Virus record (IMG/VR): IMGVR_UViG_3300008107_000009
DNA length: 60,861 nt
From: an uncultured virus (IMG/VR IMGVR_UViG_3300008107_000009)
Taxonomy: Duplodnaviria > Heunggongvirae > Uroviricota > Caudoviricetes
Direction: 5' to 3' (one strand)
The notes below the pieces were generated by a model. That model did no database searches. It had not been told where the DNA came from and saw only the letters and a program-made list of their open reading frames with translations. Both the position numbers and the translations under genes were made by a program. The stretch's first letter is position 1; each line of letters opens with the position of its first letter. Shown piece by piece: positions 1 through 8,823 of the stretch.

Positions 1-921
1 AGAATCTTCTAGATTCTCAGCTAGGTATTCACCATATTTAATAGAGGCTTCAAGATTTTCTGCCAAATAATCAGCATACTTTTCCAATTTTGCTACTCTT
101 TCTTCAAGAGAGGAATTCGATTCCTTAACAGGCTCTCCCTTAACAGTTCTTAAAGATTCAATAGATCCTTTAATAGTATCCATCTCCTTTTTAATTAGTT
201 TAGAGTATCCGTTCATTTCCTCCGCTGTAACGAAATTATTTTCCATGATTAAACTCTTATTTGGCTCCTTATCTAGAAGCTTTTTTATTTTTTCCTGATC
301 GTTTATTCTATATATCTTAAAATTTGAATCATTTTCTAATCCAAGACTTTCGTTAACTAAAGGGAGTCCTTTTATGATAGATTCTGCCATGCTTTTTTGC
401 TCAGCGTTATATCCAAGACTTTCATAAACTCTCTCAAGCTGTGCATTTTCAAAACCAGGATCTGCCACTAAATCATATGTAAAGATCTTTTTAATTTGCA
501 CTTTTTTGTTTTCTAGAACGTTACCAGCTGCTCTCGAAGAAATGGAAACCGGTACACCAGCATCAACTAAAGACTTAGCTATTTTACCGGCTGGAGTATC
601 TAAAAGTTTAACCTTAATACGAAGTGTTCTGTCGTCCTGATTATAGTTAAGTCCCTCAATGATATGAGAAATGTTTTTAAGAGACACATCAAATTCCTTA
701 GGGTGATCTAATTCACCTACTAATCTTTTTTGGTCTATTTTTTCTTTCAAATATTGAAGATGGGGGAGATATTCTCTTTCCTCATAGATTCTTTGATTTG
801 AGTTCTCCTTACCAAAAACAGCAGCGATTCCTTCTAGGAAATAATCGCTTCCGTTTTTCTCCATCTTCATATTATGTGAAGATTTTTCAAGGACTAAAAC
901 GAATTCGTTATTAAGACTCAT
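1..921 (-). CDS. Prohead core protease (T4 gp21-like) fused to a scaffold-like C-terminal region; runs off the window edge
   Basis: Not in the ORF track. My translation from ATG 921 gives MSLNNEFVLVLEKS...YFLEGIAAVFGKENSNQRIY...LVGELDHP...KLLDTPAGKIAKSLVDAGVPVSISSRAAG...TYDLVADPGFENA, which carries the gp21 GELDHP, SSR and DLVADP motifs. It then continues into 14-aa repeats KYADYLAENLEASI / KYGEYLAENLEDS. Confidence 0.92.
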   Translation of the reverse strand, partial: MSLNNEFVLVLEKSSHNMKMEKNGSDYFLEGIAAVFGKENSNQRIYEEREYLPHLQYLKEKIDQKRLVGELDHPKEFDVSLKNISHIIEGLNYNQDDRTLRIKVKLLDTPAGKIAKSLVDAGVPVSISSRAAGNVLENKKVQIKKIFTYDLVADPGFENAQLERVYESLGYNAEQKSMAESIIKGLPLVNESLGLENDSNFKIYRINDQEKIKKLLDKEPNKSLIMENNFVTAEEMNGYSKLIKKEMDTIKGSIESLRTVKGEPVKESNSSLEERVAKLEKYADYLAENLEASIKYGEYLAENLEDS

Positions 922-954
922 TCTTTGTTATTTTATTTTTGTATATATCTATTT

Positions 955-3510
955 TTATAGACCCTTTTTCTTTGTTGCATCTTCTGCAGGAGCTCCTGTA
1001 TTTTCTTCACCTTCGATATTTCCTTCCTCATCATATTCTACGAAATTTTGCTCTACGAAGGCCTGAACATAATTATCTGGGAGTTTTCTTAGATTTTCTG
1101 CTAATGCAGATTCGTTTCTGTCCAATAGTTCTGCAAACCTTTTGGTTTCTGAAGCGGCTATGTCCCAATCAAGGTCTTGAACTGAAGAAAGTGGGGAAAG
1201 AGATTTAATCTTAGGATAACCTTCAACGTCTCCAAATTTAGCCGAAACACTATCGATGTCTGCTGTTAGATCCTCACCTTCTGCTTCTTGATATAGTTTT
1301 TTTAATTCTCCCCAGGCTGAAACTGGTTTATCTGATTCGTCTGTAGTCCATGCTCCTTTAATAATTGCAAGAACTGTAGTGATTGTTGCCCAATCATCGT
1401 CACTAACGTAACCATCAATAGTATCAACCATACCGTTTATCGCACCTAGAAGGTTAGTTCTTTCTATATAGCCTTCAGTCACTGTGATTACATAAGAGTT
1501 TCTTCCTGCAAGAAAATCTAATGCCGCCGAACCAACAGTTCCACCGATGAAACCCCCTGCTACTCTTTTAGCAATAGGAATCGCTCCATATTTAGCAAAA
1601 TATCCTGCAGATAGGGAACTTAATCTAGCAGCTGTTCTGGCAGTCTGTTGAGCTGCGACTTTACCAACTGCTGTTGCTCCTATTCTTTGAGCTAGTTTTG
1701 TCGCACCCACTTTAGAAGCTGCTTTAATACCTAGGGCTTTAAGACCGGTACCTCCTGCTCTAATGAGATATGAAGATCCTCCCGAAAAGTATCCTATCAC
1801 TGCCATAGCAACTTCTTTGGTCCATGCACTCAATAAACTTTCGTCAAATGAAACTGGATAAGATCCGCTATTTACATATTTAAGACCCTTCCAATCTTCT
1901 CTGGTTGGTATTTGGTCTCCTGTAGCACCGGTAGCACCGGTAGCACCGGTGCCCCCTGTTCCGCCTGTTATTGGAACAGGAACTGGAGAAAATTTGCATG
2001 CGGGGTCGATTACTCCGTCGGCGTATGTTTTACATATACAACTACCTAATGAAGGTGAAGCAACGTTGGTTGCGACACCATCCTCACTTATCTCATAAGC
2101 TGCTTCAGAAACTATTTCAGAAAAATCGTCAAAAGAAATAACTGGTCCAACCTGATATTCTCTCTCGAATATTTTGTTTTCCATTACTTTTGATATGTCA
2201 ACTGATTCTTTTTTAGGTGTAGCAATATCGTAATAAGGTAGGGGTACTGAACCTCCTGCCATAATGGTGTCAAACATTTCCTTTGTTAAACTTCCTGAAG
2301 CGTCAAAAGTATTTGATCCCCTTAGGTAAGCATAGGTAATATTTGCAAGTTTAGCAGTTACCCTTCCGTATCTCCCATCAGCACCTCCTGCTTTATTAAG
2401 AATATCAGCGATACAGGAATCCATTGAAATTAACTTGCTTTGTAGATTTGCTACCTCTGAACACTTTTTAGCTCCTATTGCAACAGGGAAAGTACATCCT
2501 GTTGGGGGAACTGGGGGAGTTGGTACCGGAGGTTTAGGTAAGGGTGTAGGTCCTTCCCCTTCTATTCTAGGAGGTTTGGTTACAAAAACGCAAGCATTTT
2601 TAGTCTTATCAAACGCCATTCCTGCTGGACACATTACCACTGGAGTGGGAGGAGCAGGAACATTAGAAAGTCTATATTTTAGTTTCTGAAATTCCTCTCT
2701 TTGTCTGATAATCTCATTTATTAAATTCTGAGCTTTAACTCTATAATCTTTGCCTCTCATAGTGCCTGAGGCAGTTTGAAGTTTTCCTAATTTTAGGATT
2801 CCTCTTCTACCGCTAGTAATAGATAAATCTTTAGCTTGGTCTAAGTATTTTTGTGCTGCCTCAGAAAAAGCAACGATTCCAGCATCACCTGCTAAATTTT
2901 TGTTGCTCATTGCTGCGGATGTTTCACCAGCAAAAGATGTTGCACTGTCTAAAACGTTCTTAGATAATTGTGTATACCATTTATCTGCCAGTCCTTCCTC
3001 GGAGCTAGATTCTTCACCGGTAAGTTCTTCATCTGCTTCAGCAATATATTTAGTTACTAAACTTTCATTTTGTGCTAATTGAGCTTGTACTCCTTGTAAA
3101 CCAGAAACCGTGGATCCAACAAAGCCACCCATCATGCCTAATACATCTTTCATCCCCTTTGCGTCTTTACCGACTAATTCGGTCAATTGAGCAAAAAGCT
3201 GATCCAGATAAGTTTTGGATGCATTGATTGATTGTGCCTGAACTTTGTCACTAGCTGCAACCATATCTAGCTTCTTTTGAAATTCACTTCTAATTCCTTC
3301 TAAAGAACTAGATTGTAAAACTCTGTCCATGAAAGCTTTGAAACCATCCGGAGTCTTAATTGCTTCATCTGAGCTATTCATGATAACATTAACGAACGTG
3401 TCATAAATAGTTCTTCCTAAGACACTTAGGTCTACTTTAGATTCTGCTTCAAAAATCTCTCTTTTTAGGGATTCGTATACTGGATTGTATCCTTTGTAAA
3501 TTCCTGACAT
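955..3510 (-). CDS. Large putative virion or ejection protein (Pro-rich linker, peptidoglycan-binding-like motif, Gly/Ala hydrophobic stretch)
   Basis: 851-aa ORF with VANLQSKL...GADGRYGRVT (PG_binding_1-like), short GAT collagen-like triplets and several I/L-x-E sites. A GATATATA motif lies at 3576-3583 upstream. Confidence 0.5.
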   Translation of the reverse strand: MSGIYKGYNPVYESLKREIFEAESKVDLSVLGRTIYDTFVNVIMNSSDEAIKTPDGFKAFMDRVLQSSSLEGIRSEFQKKLDMVAASDKVQAQSINASKTYLDQLFAQLTELVGKDAKGMKDVLGMMGGFVGSTVSGLQGVQAQLAQNESLVTKYIAEADEELTGEESSSEEGLADKWYTQLSKNVLDSATSFAGETSAAMSNKNLAGDAGIVAFSEAAQKYLDQAKDLSITSGRRGILKLGKLQTASGTMRGKDYRVKAQNLINEIIRQREEFQKLKYRLSNVPAPPTPVVMCPAGMAFDKTKNACVFVTKPPRIEGEGPTPLPKPPVPTPPVPPTGCTFPVAIGAKKCSEVANLQSKLISMDSCIADILNKAGGADGRYGRVTAKLANITYAYLRGSNTFDASGSLTKEMFDTIMAGGSVPLPYYDIATPKKESVDISKVMENKIFEREYQVGPVISFDDFSEIVSEAAYEISEDGVATNVASPSLGSCICKTYADGVIDPACKFSPVPVPITGGTGGTGATGATGATGDQIPTREDWKGLKYVNSGSYPVSFDESLLSAWTKEVAMAVIGYFSGGSSYLIRAGGTGLKALGIKAASKVGATKLAQRIGATAVGKVAAQQTARTAARLSSLSAGYFAKYGAIPIAKRVAGGFIGGTVGSAALDFLAGRNSYVITVTEGYIERTNLLGAINGMVDTIDGYVSDDDWATITTVLAIIKGAWTTDESDKPVSAWGELKKLYQEAEGEDLTADIDSVSAKFGDVEGYPKIKSLSPLSSVQDLDWDIAASETKRFAELLDRNESALAENLRKLPDNYVQAFVEQNFVEYDEEGNIEGEENTGAPAEDATKKKGL

Positions 3511-3521
3511 CTTATTGTTTT

Positions 3522-4265
3522 TTATTCACTATAAATTTTTTCGTACGATCTTGATATAAGATCGATTAACTTCTGTATATATCCTTCGTTTCTCAACTTT
3601 TTAAAGACTAGGTTCTCTACTGAGAATTCTCCTCTGGTTTCTAGGCCTTCCTTTCTCATTTTCATGATCTTGGATTTAACCCTTTCTGCGTGCTGATGTA
3701 CCTCTCTGGCATCCATTTCGGAGTCTGTTTTAGAAAGTTCTATATCCACACTGTCTATATCGTTTATAATACCATCATATTTCAAATCCACATCTCTTTC
3801 GTCTATCTGAGGAGGATTATAAGAAGGAATTCTAATCCATTCGTTGTTTTTAAGGGAAAAAAGTCCGGATGCTACATGGGGTTCGTTTATGTCTTGTAGG
3901 TAAAGTTCAACATCATACCCTCTGATAACAATGTTATGCCTTAGATTCCATATGAATCTTTGTCCATCAAAAGCTTTTTTTACAAGCTCTTTATTGGAAT
4001 CTATCTGTGAAAAATCGATTAAAACGTGAACATCAAGATCTGATTTTGGGGTCCAGTTATAATTTGCCAGAGATCCGGTTAATTGAATATCATCTATCGG
4101 CAGTTCTATTTTAAAGATCGAGTAGAAATCCTGGGCTATATCTAGAAGTTTTTCTCTTACCCCAGAGTCGAACGAGCCATTCTTCCAAAAAACAGTATTT
4201 AGCTCCTTTTGATAGAAACGATCCTCGTTTAGCGACCAGTCTTTAAAATTTTGTATACGAAACAC
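3522..4265 (-). CDS. Pol-beta superfamily nucleotidyltransferase
   Basis: LTGSLANYNWTPKSDLDVHV matches the GS-x10-DxD motif, with a third acidic residue in DVELY. GTG start. Confidence 0.85.
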   Translation of the reverse strand: MFRIQNFKDWSLNEDRFYQKELNTVFWKNGSFDSGVREKLLDIAQDFYSIFKIELPIDDIQLTGSLANYNWTPKSDLDVHVLIDFSQIDSNKELVKKAFDGQRFIWNLRHNIVIRGYDVELYLQDINEPHVASGLFSLKNNEWIRIPSYNPPQIDERDVDLKYDGIINDIDSVDIELSKTDSEMDAREVHQHAERVKSKIMKMRKEGLETRGEFSVENLVFKKLRNEGYIQKLIDLISRSYEKIYSE

Positions 4266-4322
4266 CCTAGGAATATTTTAAAAGTATATATCCTAGGGTG
4301 TAGTACTATAGTTGTAATTAGA

Positions 4323-5027
4323 TTAAAAAGAAAGAGCATCAAAGCACTTCATCAGAACAGTCACATCCATTTCGCAGTACTTTTTAATGTTCTCAATCTT
4401 TCCCTCATAGAAGTATTCATGGACCATTGATCCGTCCATATCGTCTTTAGGGGATTCTATACCCAGAACGCAAGCCATTAAATCAAGTGAAGTGTGAGTT
4501 TGTCCCCATCCTCCAAAAGCAAAAATCTCAGATATGTCTAGGTGTGGAGATTCCCAGGGTTTTCTATTCAGATATGCTACCAAATGGGAAGGCTTAATTT
4601 TATTGATTATCATTCTCTTTCCAACAAAGGGAATGTCAAAATTTTTAATCGTATGTCCTGCAAGTTTCCATCCTTTTGTAAATGCGTTATTAAAGATCTT
4701 GTTGGAATCCATCAGAATTTGATCCTCTTCACCGGAAAAAGAAACTAGCCTGATTGATTTATCTTCATCATAGCATCCAAAAGTTATGCAAACGATTTTG
4801 GAGAACTCCGGGTGCAACGAAGATTTAACCTTCCAAAAATCTGCTGGAGAATAATCTTTCATCTCTTCACCTGAATTTTTCAAGAGCCAGGATGATCTTT
4901 TTTCCCACAATTTAGCAAGTCTAGGATTTTCAATTTCAAGCTCTTCGAAAGTATTCGTTATCCCAGCAGTTTCGATGTCGAAATATAGAATTTTTTTAAG
5001 GTCTTCTTTACTTATCATTTTATCCAT
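4323..5027 (-). CDS. Stand-alone PolB-related 3'-5' exonuclease (DEDD)
   Basis: YFDIET (ExoI), GHTIKNFDIPF (ExoII), KYCEMDV (ExoIII) and SLDLMACVLGIESPKDDMDGS. Confidence 0.88.
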   Translation of the reverse strand: MDKMISKEDLKKILYFDIETAGITNTFEELEIENPRLAKLWEKRSSWLLKNSGEEMKDYSPADFWKVKSSLHPEFSKIVCITFGCYDEDKSIRLVSFSGEEDQILMDSNKIFNNAFTKGWKLAGHTIKNFDIPFVGKRMIINKIKPSHLVAYLNRKPWESPHLDISEIFAFGGWGQTHTSLDLMACVLGIESPKDDMDGSMVHEYFYEGKIENIKKYCEMDVTVLMKCFDALSF

Positions 5028-5833
5028 TTTTTATCCATCCAAAAAGTTCTTTTAGACGAATCTTTAATTGCAATACACCTTTCTTTATGTAAATAGAATT
5101 TCATCCATGCTTGAAATTCTTTACTTTTTTTCTTTTCCAAATCTGCCTGATTGTACCAATCTTTAAATTGTCCTCCTCCTAGGATATAGGATTCCTTAAT
5201 AACCTTAGAAAGAATAGCAAAAAATTCAGGTCCATTAAGAAGAATATATTCTCTGGCAGAAGCTGTGGGATCTGAATCGATTCTTCCTAGAATCTCCGCT
5301 CTTAAGTAATTTCCTACGCCGTTAAAATATTTTTGGTTCATTAATACTTCATACACGGGTTTATTAAAAACCCTGTCCGTTTGAATATTCTTGTAAATGT
5401 TGTCAACGAAAGAATCAAATTCAGTATCTGGGTCCGGACCTCTTTCCGGATTCCATCCTCTCCAGTCCCATCTGGCAAATCTTCTAACGTCATGTAATCC
5501 AAGAATGCCATACTTGGAATCAACAATTCTTAGATGTGTGTGGTTTGGAATGGAGAAAACATCGTTGGAATAATTCCAATTTCCGCTCATTCCCATAGTA
5601 AAAACCATATCCCTACTTGATGTTTCCTCATATTTAAAATCAAGATCAATAAATCTCAATCTTAATTCCTTACCCCGGGAATCAGCTCTTAGCTGAAATC
5701 TAGAAAAGGGAAGGATCAAGTTCGTTTTGCTCTTATGCTCTGGATTTTTGGAAATGCTGTGGAAATAATCAACTTCTCCCGCTCTCCTGTTGATAAATTC
5801 GGACATTATTCTAACCTCACTGATTTCGGGCAT
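5015..5833 (-). CDS. nei: Fpg/Nei DNA glycosylase-lyase, NEIL1-like (zincless finger)
   Basis: N-terminal MPE, RGKELRL, GMSG, DVRRF and H2TH motif LMNQKYFNGVGNYLRAEIL. The C-terminus DSSKRTFW has no Cys4 finger. Confidence 0.92.
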   Translation of the reverse strand: MPEISEVRIMSEFINRRAGEVDYFHSISKNPEHKSKTNLILPFSRFQLRADSRGKELRLRFIDLDFKYEETSSRDMVFTMGMSGNWNYSNDVFSIPNHTHLRIVDSKYGILGLHDVRRFARWDWRGWNPERGPDPDTEFDSFVDNIYKNIQTDRVFNKPVYEVLMNQKYFNGVGNYLRAEILGRIDSDPTASAREYILLNGPEFFAILSKVIKESYILGGGQFKDWYNQADLEKKKSKEFQAWMKFYLHKERCIAIKDSSKRTFWMDKKWIK

Positions 5834-5886
5834 AACATTAAAGTTTATTGGTAAAAATAATAAAACACCCCGAAAATAAAAAATGT

Positions 5887-6651
5887 TTAAGGCTCGGGTA
5901 ATCTGTTATCAAAAACAAAATCTAGCTCTAAGCCAAATGGTCTTGTTTGATCGTCTGAAAGCTTAGTGTTTCCCGGAAGGTAAATAAAAATAGGATTGAT
6001 GTTTCTTTTCCAGGTAGAAGCTGCTAGGAATAGGGATTCATTGAGTGTTAGATTTCCCTGATTTGTTGGATAAGAGGTAGATCTAAAAACTATAGGAATT
6101 TTAATCTTGTAAAAAACACCCGGCAATAGATCCTTGACAGAAAAAAGACTCGGCTTCTCGTCATTAATTACTGCAATTCTTTGAATGTTTTCTGTGGACA
6201 AAAAGGATTCTAGTTTTTTACAGAAATCTTCCATAGTTCCTTTTCTGTCTCCCTTTGCTCCACCAACATGAAGTATAAGGGGAAATTCCTGTCCCTCGAG
6301 ATCAAATTCCTTAATAAAATCTAAACAGTGGGATATTTGTGATTTAGCTTGCTCTGTTTCATCTTCAGAGTCGGAAGTTAAATGTTTTTTACCTTTTATA
6401 TAAAAAGATAATCTGGTTCCGGATTTTAAATAATCCAAAATGGATTCTTTATCTCCACTCCCCACCGAAAAATCCAAACAATCAAAATCATCATCCGATA
6501 TCTCAAATATCAAGCACTTATATCCCAGATTTAATCCTTCTTGGATCTTCCTAAGTATAAAGTCGCTAAATGTGACTTTATATGCGTGTTTTTTCCCTTT
6601 TTTGTGAATAAGAGGGAATCTAATTAATATCCCTGTTTTGTGAGCGTTCAT
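5887..6651 (-). CDS. UV-damage endonuclease (UvsE/UVDE)-fold protein with degenerate active-site motifs
   Basis: LHVGGAKGDRK, RIAVINDEK..FSVKDLL, IPIVF and ESLFLAASTW follow the UvsE motif order, but the ENDD and FDxHH motifs are altered. Confidence 0.7.
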   Translation of the reverse strand: MNAHKTGILIRFPLIHKKGKKHAYKVTFSDFILRKIQEGLNLGYKCLIFEISDDDFDCLDFSVGSGDKESILDYLKSGTRLSFYIKGKKHLTSDSEDETEQAKSQISHCLDFIKEFDLEGQEFPLILHVGGAKGDRKGTMEDFCKKLESFLSTENIQRIAVINDEKPSLFSVKDLLPGVFYKIKIPIVFRSTSYPTNQGNLTLNESLFLAASTWKRNINPIFIYLPGNTKLSDDQTRPFGLELDFVFDNRLPEP

Positions 6652-6672
6652 CTAAATTATAACGAAAAGAAT

Positions 6673-7380
6673 TTAGATTGTTTCAAATTCTTCCAGGGTC
6701 ATTTTAGGCCAGGACTCAATTAAACTCTCTGATGAAAGATTTGCTATTTTAATTCCGCTAGAACTTAAATGCTTTCCTAGATTTGAATATTGCTCCTTTA
6801 CCTTTTCAATTTCCCTCATGATTTGATGCTTTCCCGTTTCTCCGAAAAAGTGATTCATAGTAAAGTCTACACCAATTAAAGCTATTTTTCTTGCACCCAT
6901 CTGGCAAGCAATTACGATTGCCATATAAGGAGAATTTGTGGTGTAGTCTATGAATCCATGGTTATAGAGATTCAATCCCTCATATTTTCCAAGTTTAACT
7001 AGAACTGTTCTCTCTCTTTTTTCAATAGGGAGATTCTTTATGTGTGTAAAGGTGTATTCCGAATCATTGTTTTTAACTGATTCCCACCTGCCCCATTTAA
7101 ACGTGTGTGGCTCATTTACAACGACCAAATATTTACAGTTTATTTTTTGACCTGCATCATTAACACCAATAGTTACATGCTTATTGAAACTGTCAAACCC
7201 GTAATCATTCAGCGAAACACCACATCCACAAATAACAAATGATTCTTCTTTGTGAAGATTTATAAATTTTTGAAATTCACCAGGGTCTCCTGTCGGATAA
7301 TCTGAATTTAGATTTTCTGGTTTTTTTAAATTGGACTGCTCCGGAAACGGAATCTTTCTTCTGATTCTTTCTATCGACAT
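6673..7380 (-). CDS. DUF115/MptE-like (Maf / sialyltransferase-like) putative glycosyltransferase
   Basis: FVICGCGVSLN, TIGVN and NSPYMAIVIACQMGARKIALIGVDF....HFF. Confidence 0.65.
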   Translation of the reverse strand: MSIERIRRKIPFPEQSNLKKPENLNSDYPTGDPGEFQKFINLHKEESFVICGCGVSLNDYGFDSFNKHVTIGVNDAGQKINCKYLVVVNEPHTFKWGRWESVKNNDSEYTFTHIKNLPIEKRERTVLVKLGKYEGLNLYNHGFIDYTTNSPYMAIVIACQMGARKIALIGVDFTMNHFFGETGKHQIMREIEKVKEQYSNLGKHLSSSGIKIANLSSESLIESWPKMTLEEFETI

Positions 7381-7383
7381 ATT

Positions 7384-8280
7384 TTATAAAAGGTAACCTT
7401 CAATTTCTGAGAATAGCTCATCTAAGGATTCTCCATAAGAAACGCCGTGCTTTTTTTCAAAATTTGATGCTATAATTTTATACGCTTCTTTAAGTCCCTT
7501 GTTTCTTAGGATTTGTGCTGCTAAAATATCTTGTACCCTCCCATCTCTATGATTTTTGGAAAGATTTTTTGCAACTTCTACCGCTTCTATTACAATTAAA
7601 TGATTGTCAGTTAATTTTAAGAAATTAGGATCCGACTTGTGAATAAAAAGAGTTTTATTTTCAGGGACCAAATAAACTATTCCAAGTTTTTTAAAATTTT
7701 CTATATGCTGTTCATAATCTGGAATATTTGTGTCTATTAAAACGATCTTCATAGACGGATCAATGATTCCGGGTCTTTCCATTTTTGAGGTTCCCTCCTG
7801 AAGAAGAATATCAGTTTTAGAATTTAATTTGGATTCTAAAGAACCCCAAATAAAATTCCCGTTATTATATTTTAACCCTGTTAAAAATTTTTGTCTGTTT
7901 GAAATGGTAGAAGCTCCCATATTTTTCTTAGCTATATTTCCTTGATCGTTAGATAGTTCTAGAGCATAAACCGGAACAGTATAAATCTTATTGTCTGCTA
8001 GACTTTTTATTTTGAAAACAGTTCTTTTACCGTCAGATGTTCTAGCACTTGAAATTATCTCGGCTTTTATTTTATTTCCTAAATTTTTAATTTTAGCCAT
8101 TACAACATCACCCGCTTGAAATTCACTTCCCTTTACGTAATCATATGGATGATCTTCCCTTCCCCTAGCTTGAGAAAGGTCGTCAAAGGATTTATACTTA
8201 ACTTTAAATACGCCATTTGAGCTATTAAATCCATCGCCAGCAAATGTCTGAGCAAATTGCTCATTTAGTCTTTTAATCAT
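7384..8280 (-). CDS. Hypothetical protein, probably virion-associated (N-terminal MIKRLNE; SH3/KOW-like segment)
   Basis: 298-aa ORF lying in the fibre operon. Confidence 0.5.
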   Translation of the reverse strand: MIKRLNEQFAQTFAGDGFNSSNGVFKVKYKSFDDLSQARGREDHPYDYVKGSEFQAGDVVMAKIKNLGNKIKAEIISSARTSDGKRTVFKIKSLADNKIYTVPVYALELSNDQGNIAKKNMGASTISNRQKFLTGLKYNNGNFIWGSLESKLNSKTDILLQEGTSKMERPGIIDPSMKIVLIDTNIPDYEQHIENFKKLGIVYLVPENKTLFIHKSDPNFLKLTDNHLIVIEAVEVAKNLSKNHRDGRVQDILAAQILRNKGLKEAYKIIASNFEKKHGVSYGESLDELFSEIEGYLL

Positions 8281-8822
8281 TTCTTTCTCTTATTTAATTC
8301 CTCTATTACGTCTCTAATTTTTCCAGCTAAAATATAATCTTCCTGCTCTATGCACTGTTTTAGTCTACCCTCTAGTAGAACTGAATCGTCTATCTCAAAA
8401 AAGTTTTCAGGAATATCTATTTCCTCCTTCACAGTAACACTTTGAGGGACAAAATGCACGTGTAAGGTAGATTCCATTATAGGAATGTCAATTTCTTCTT
8501 TTTCTCCTTCCATATCCGATGAATCTATAGTCTGTGAGATCTCCCATTCACCGTTAGTCCATACTATTACCCAATTTCCATAAGTCATTTCGGGTAAATC
8601 GTTTTCTATAATATATTCCAAAACTTTATTGAGCTCTTCCTTTACAGATTCTGGAGTTACTTTTTCGTCTCTGGAAATACCTTTTATTTTAACCTGTTCA
8701 TATCCTATTTTTTTGTTTAGAATCCTATAGAATTTTGCTATTTGATCCCAATCAATTGAGTTAATAACACTCTGTACTAGTCTCTTGTCAACTTCGCTCA
8801 ATTTAGGCATATTTTTAATCAT
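8277..8822 (-). CDS. Hypothetical protein with C-terminal UVR (UvrB/C) coiled-coil motif
   Basis: LEGRLKQCIEQEDYILAGKIRDVIEEL. Confidence 0.65.
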   Translation of the reverse strand: MIKNMPKLSEVDKRLVQSVINSIDWDQIAKFYRILNKKIGYEQVKIKGISRDEKVTPESVKEELNKVLEYIIENDLPEMTYGNWVIVWTNGEWEISQTIDSSDMEGEKEEIDIPIMESTLHVHFVPQSVTVKEEIDIPENFFEIDDSVLLEGRLKQCIEQEDYILAGKIRDVIEELNKRKK

Positions 8823-8823
8823 C

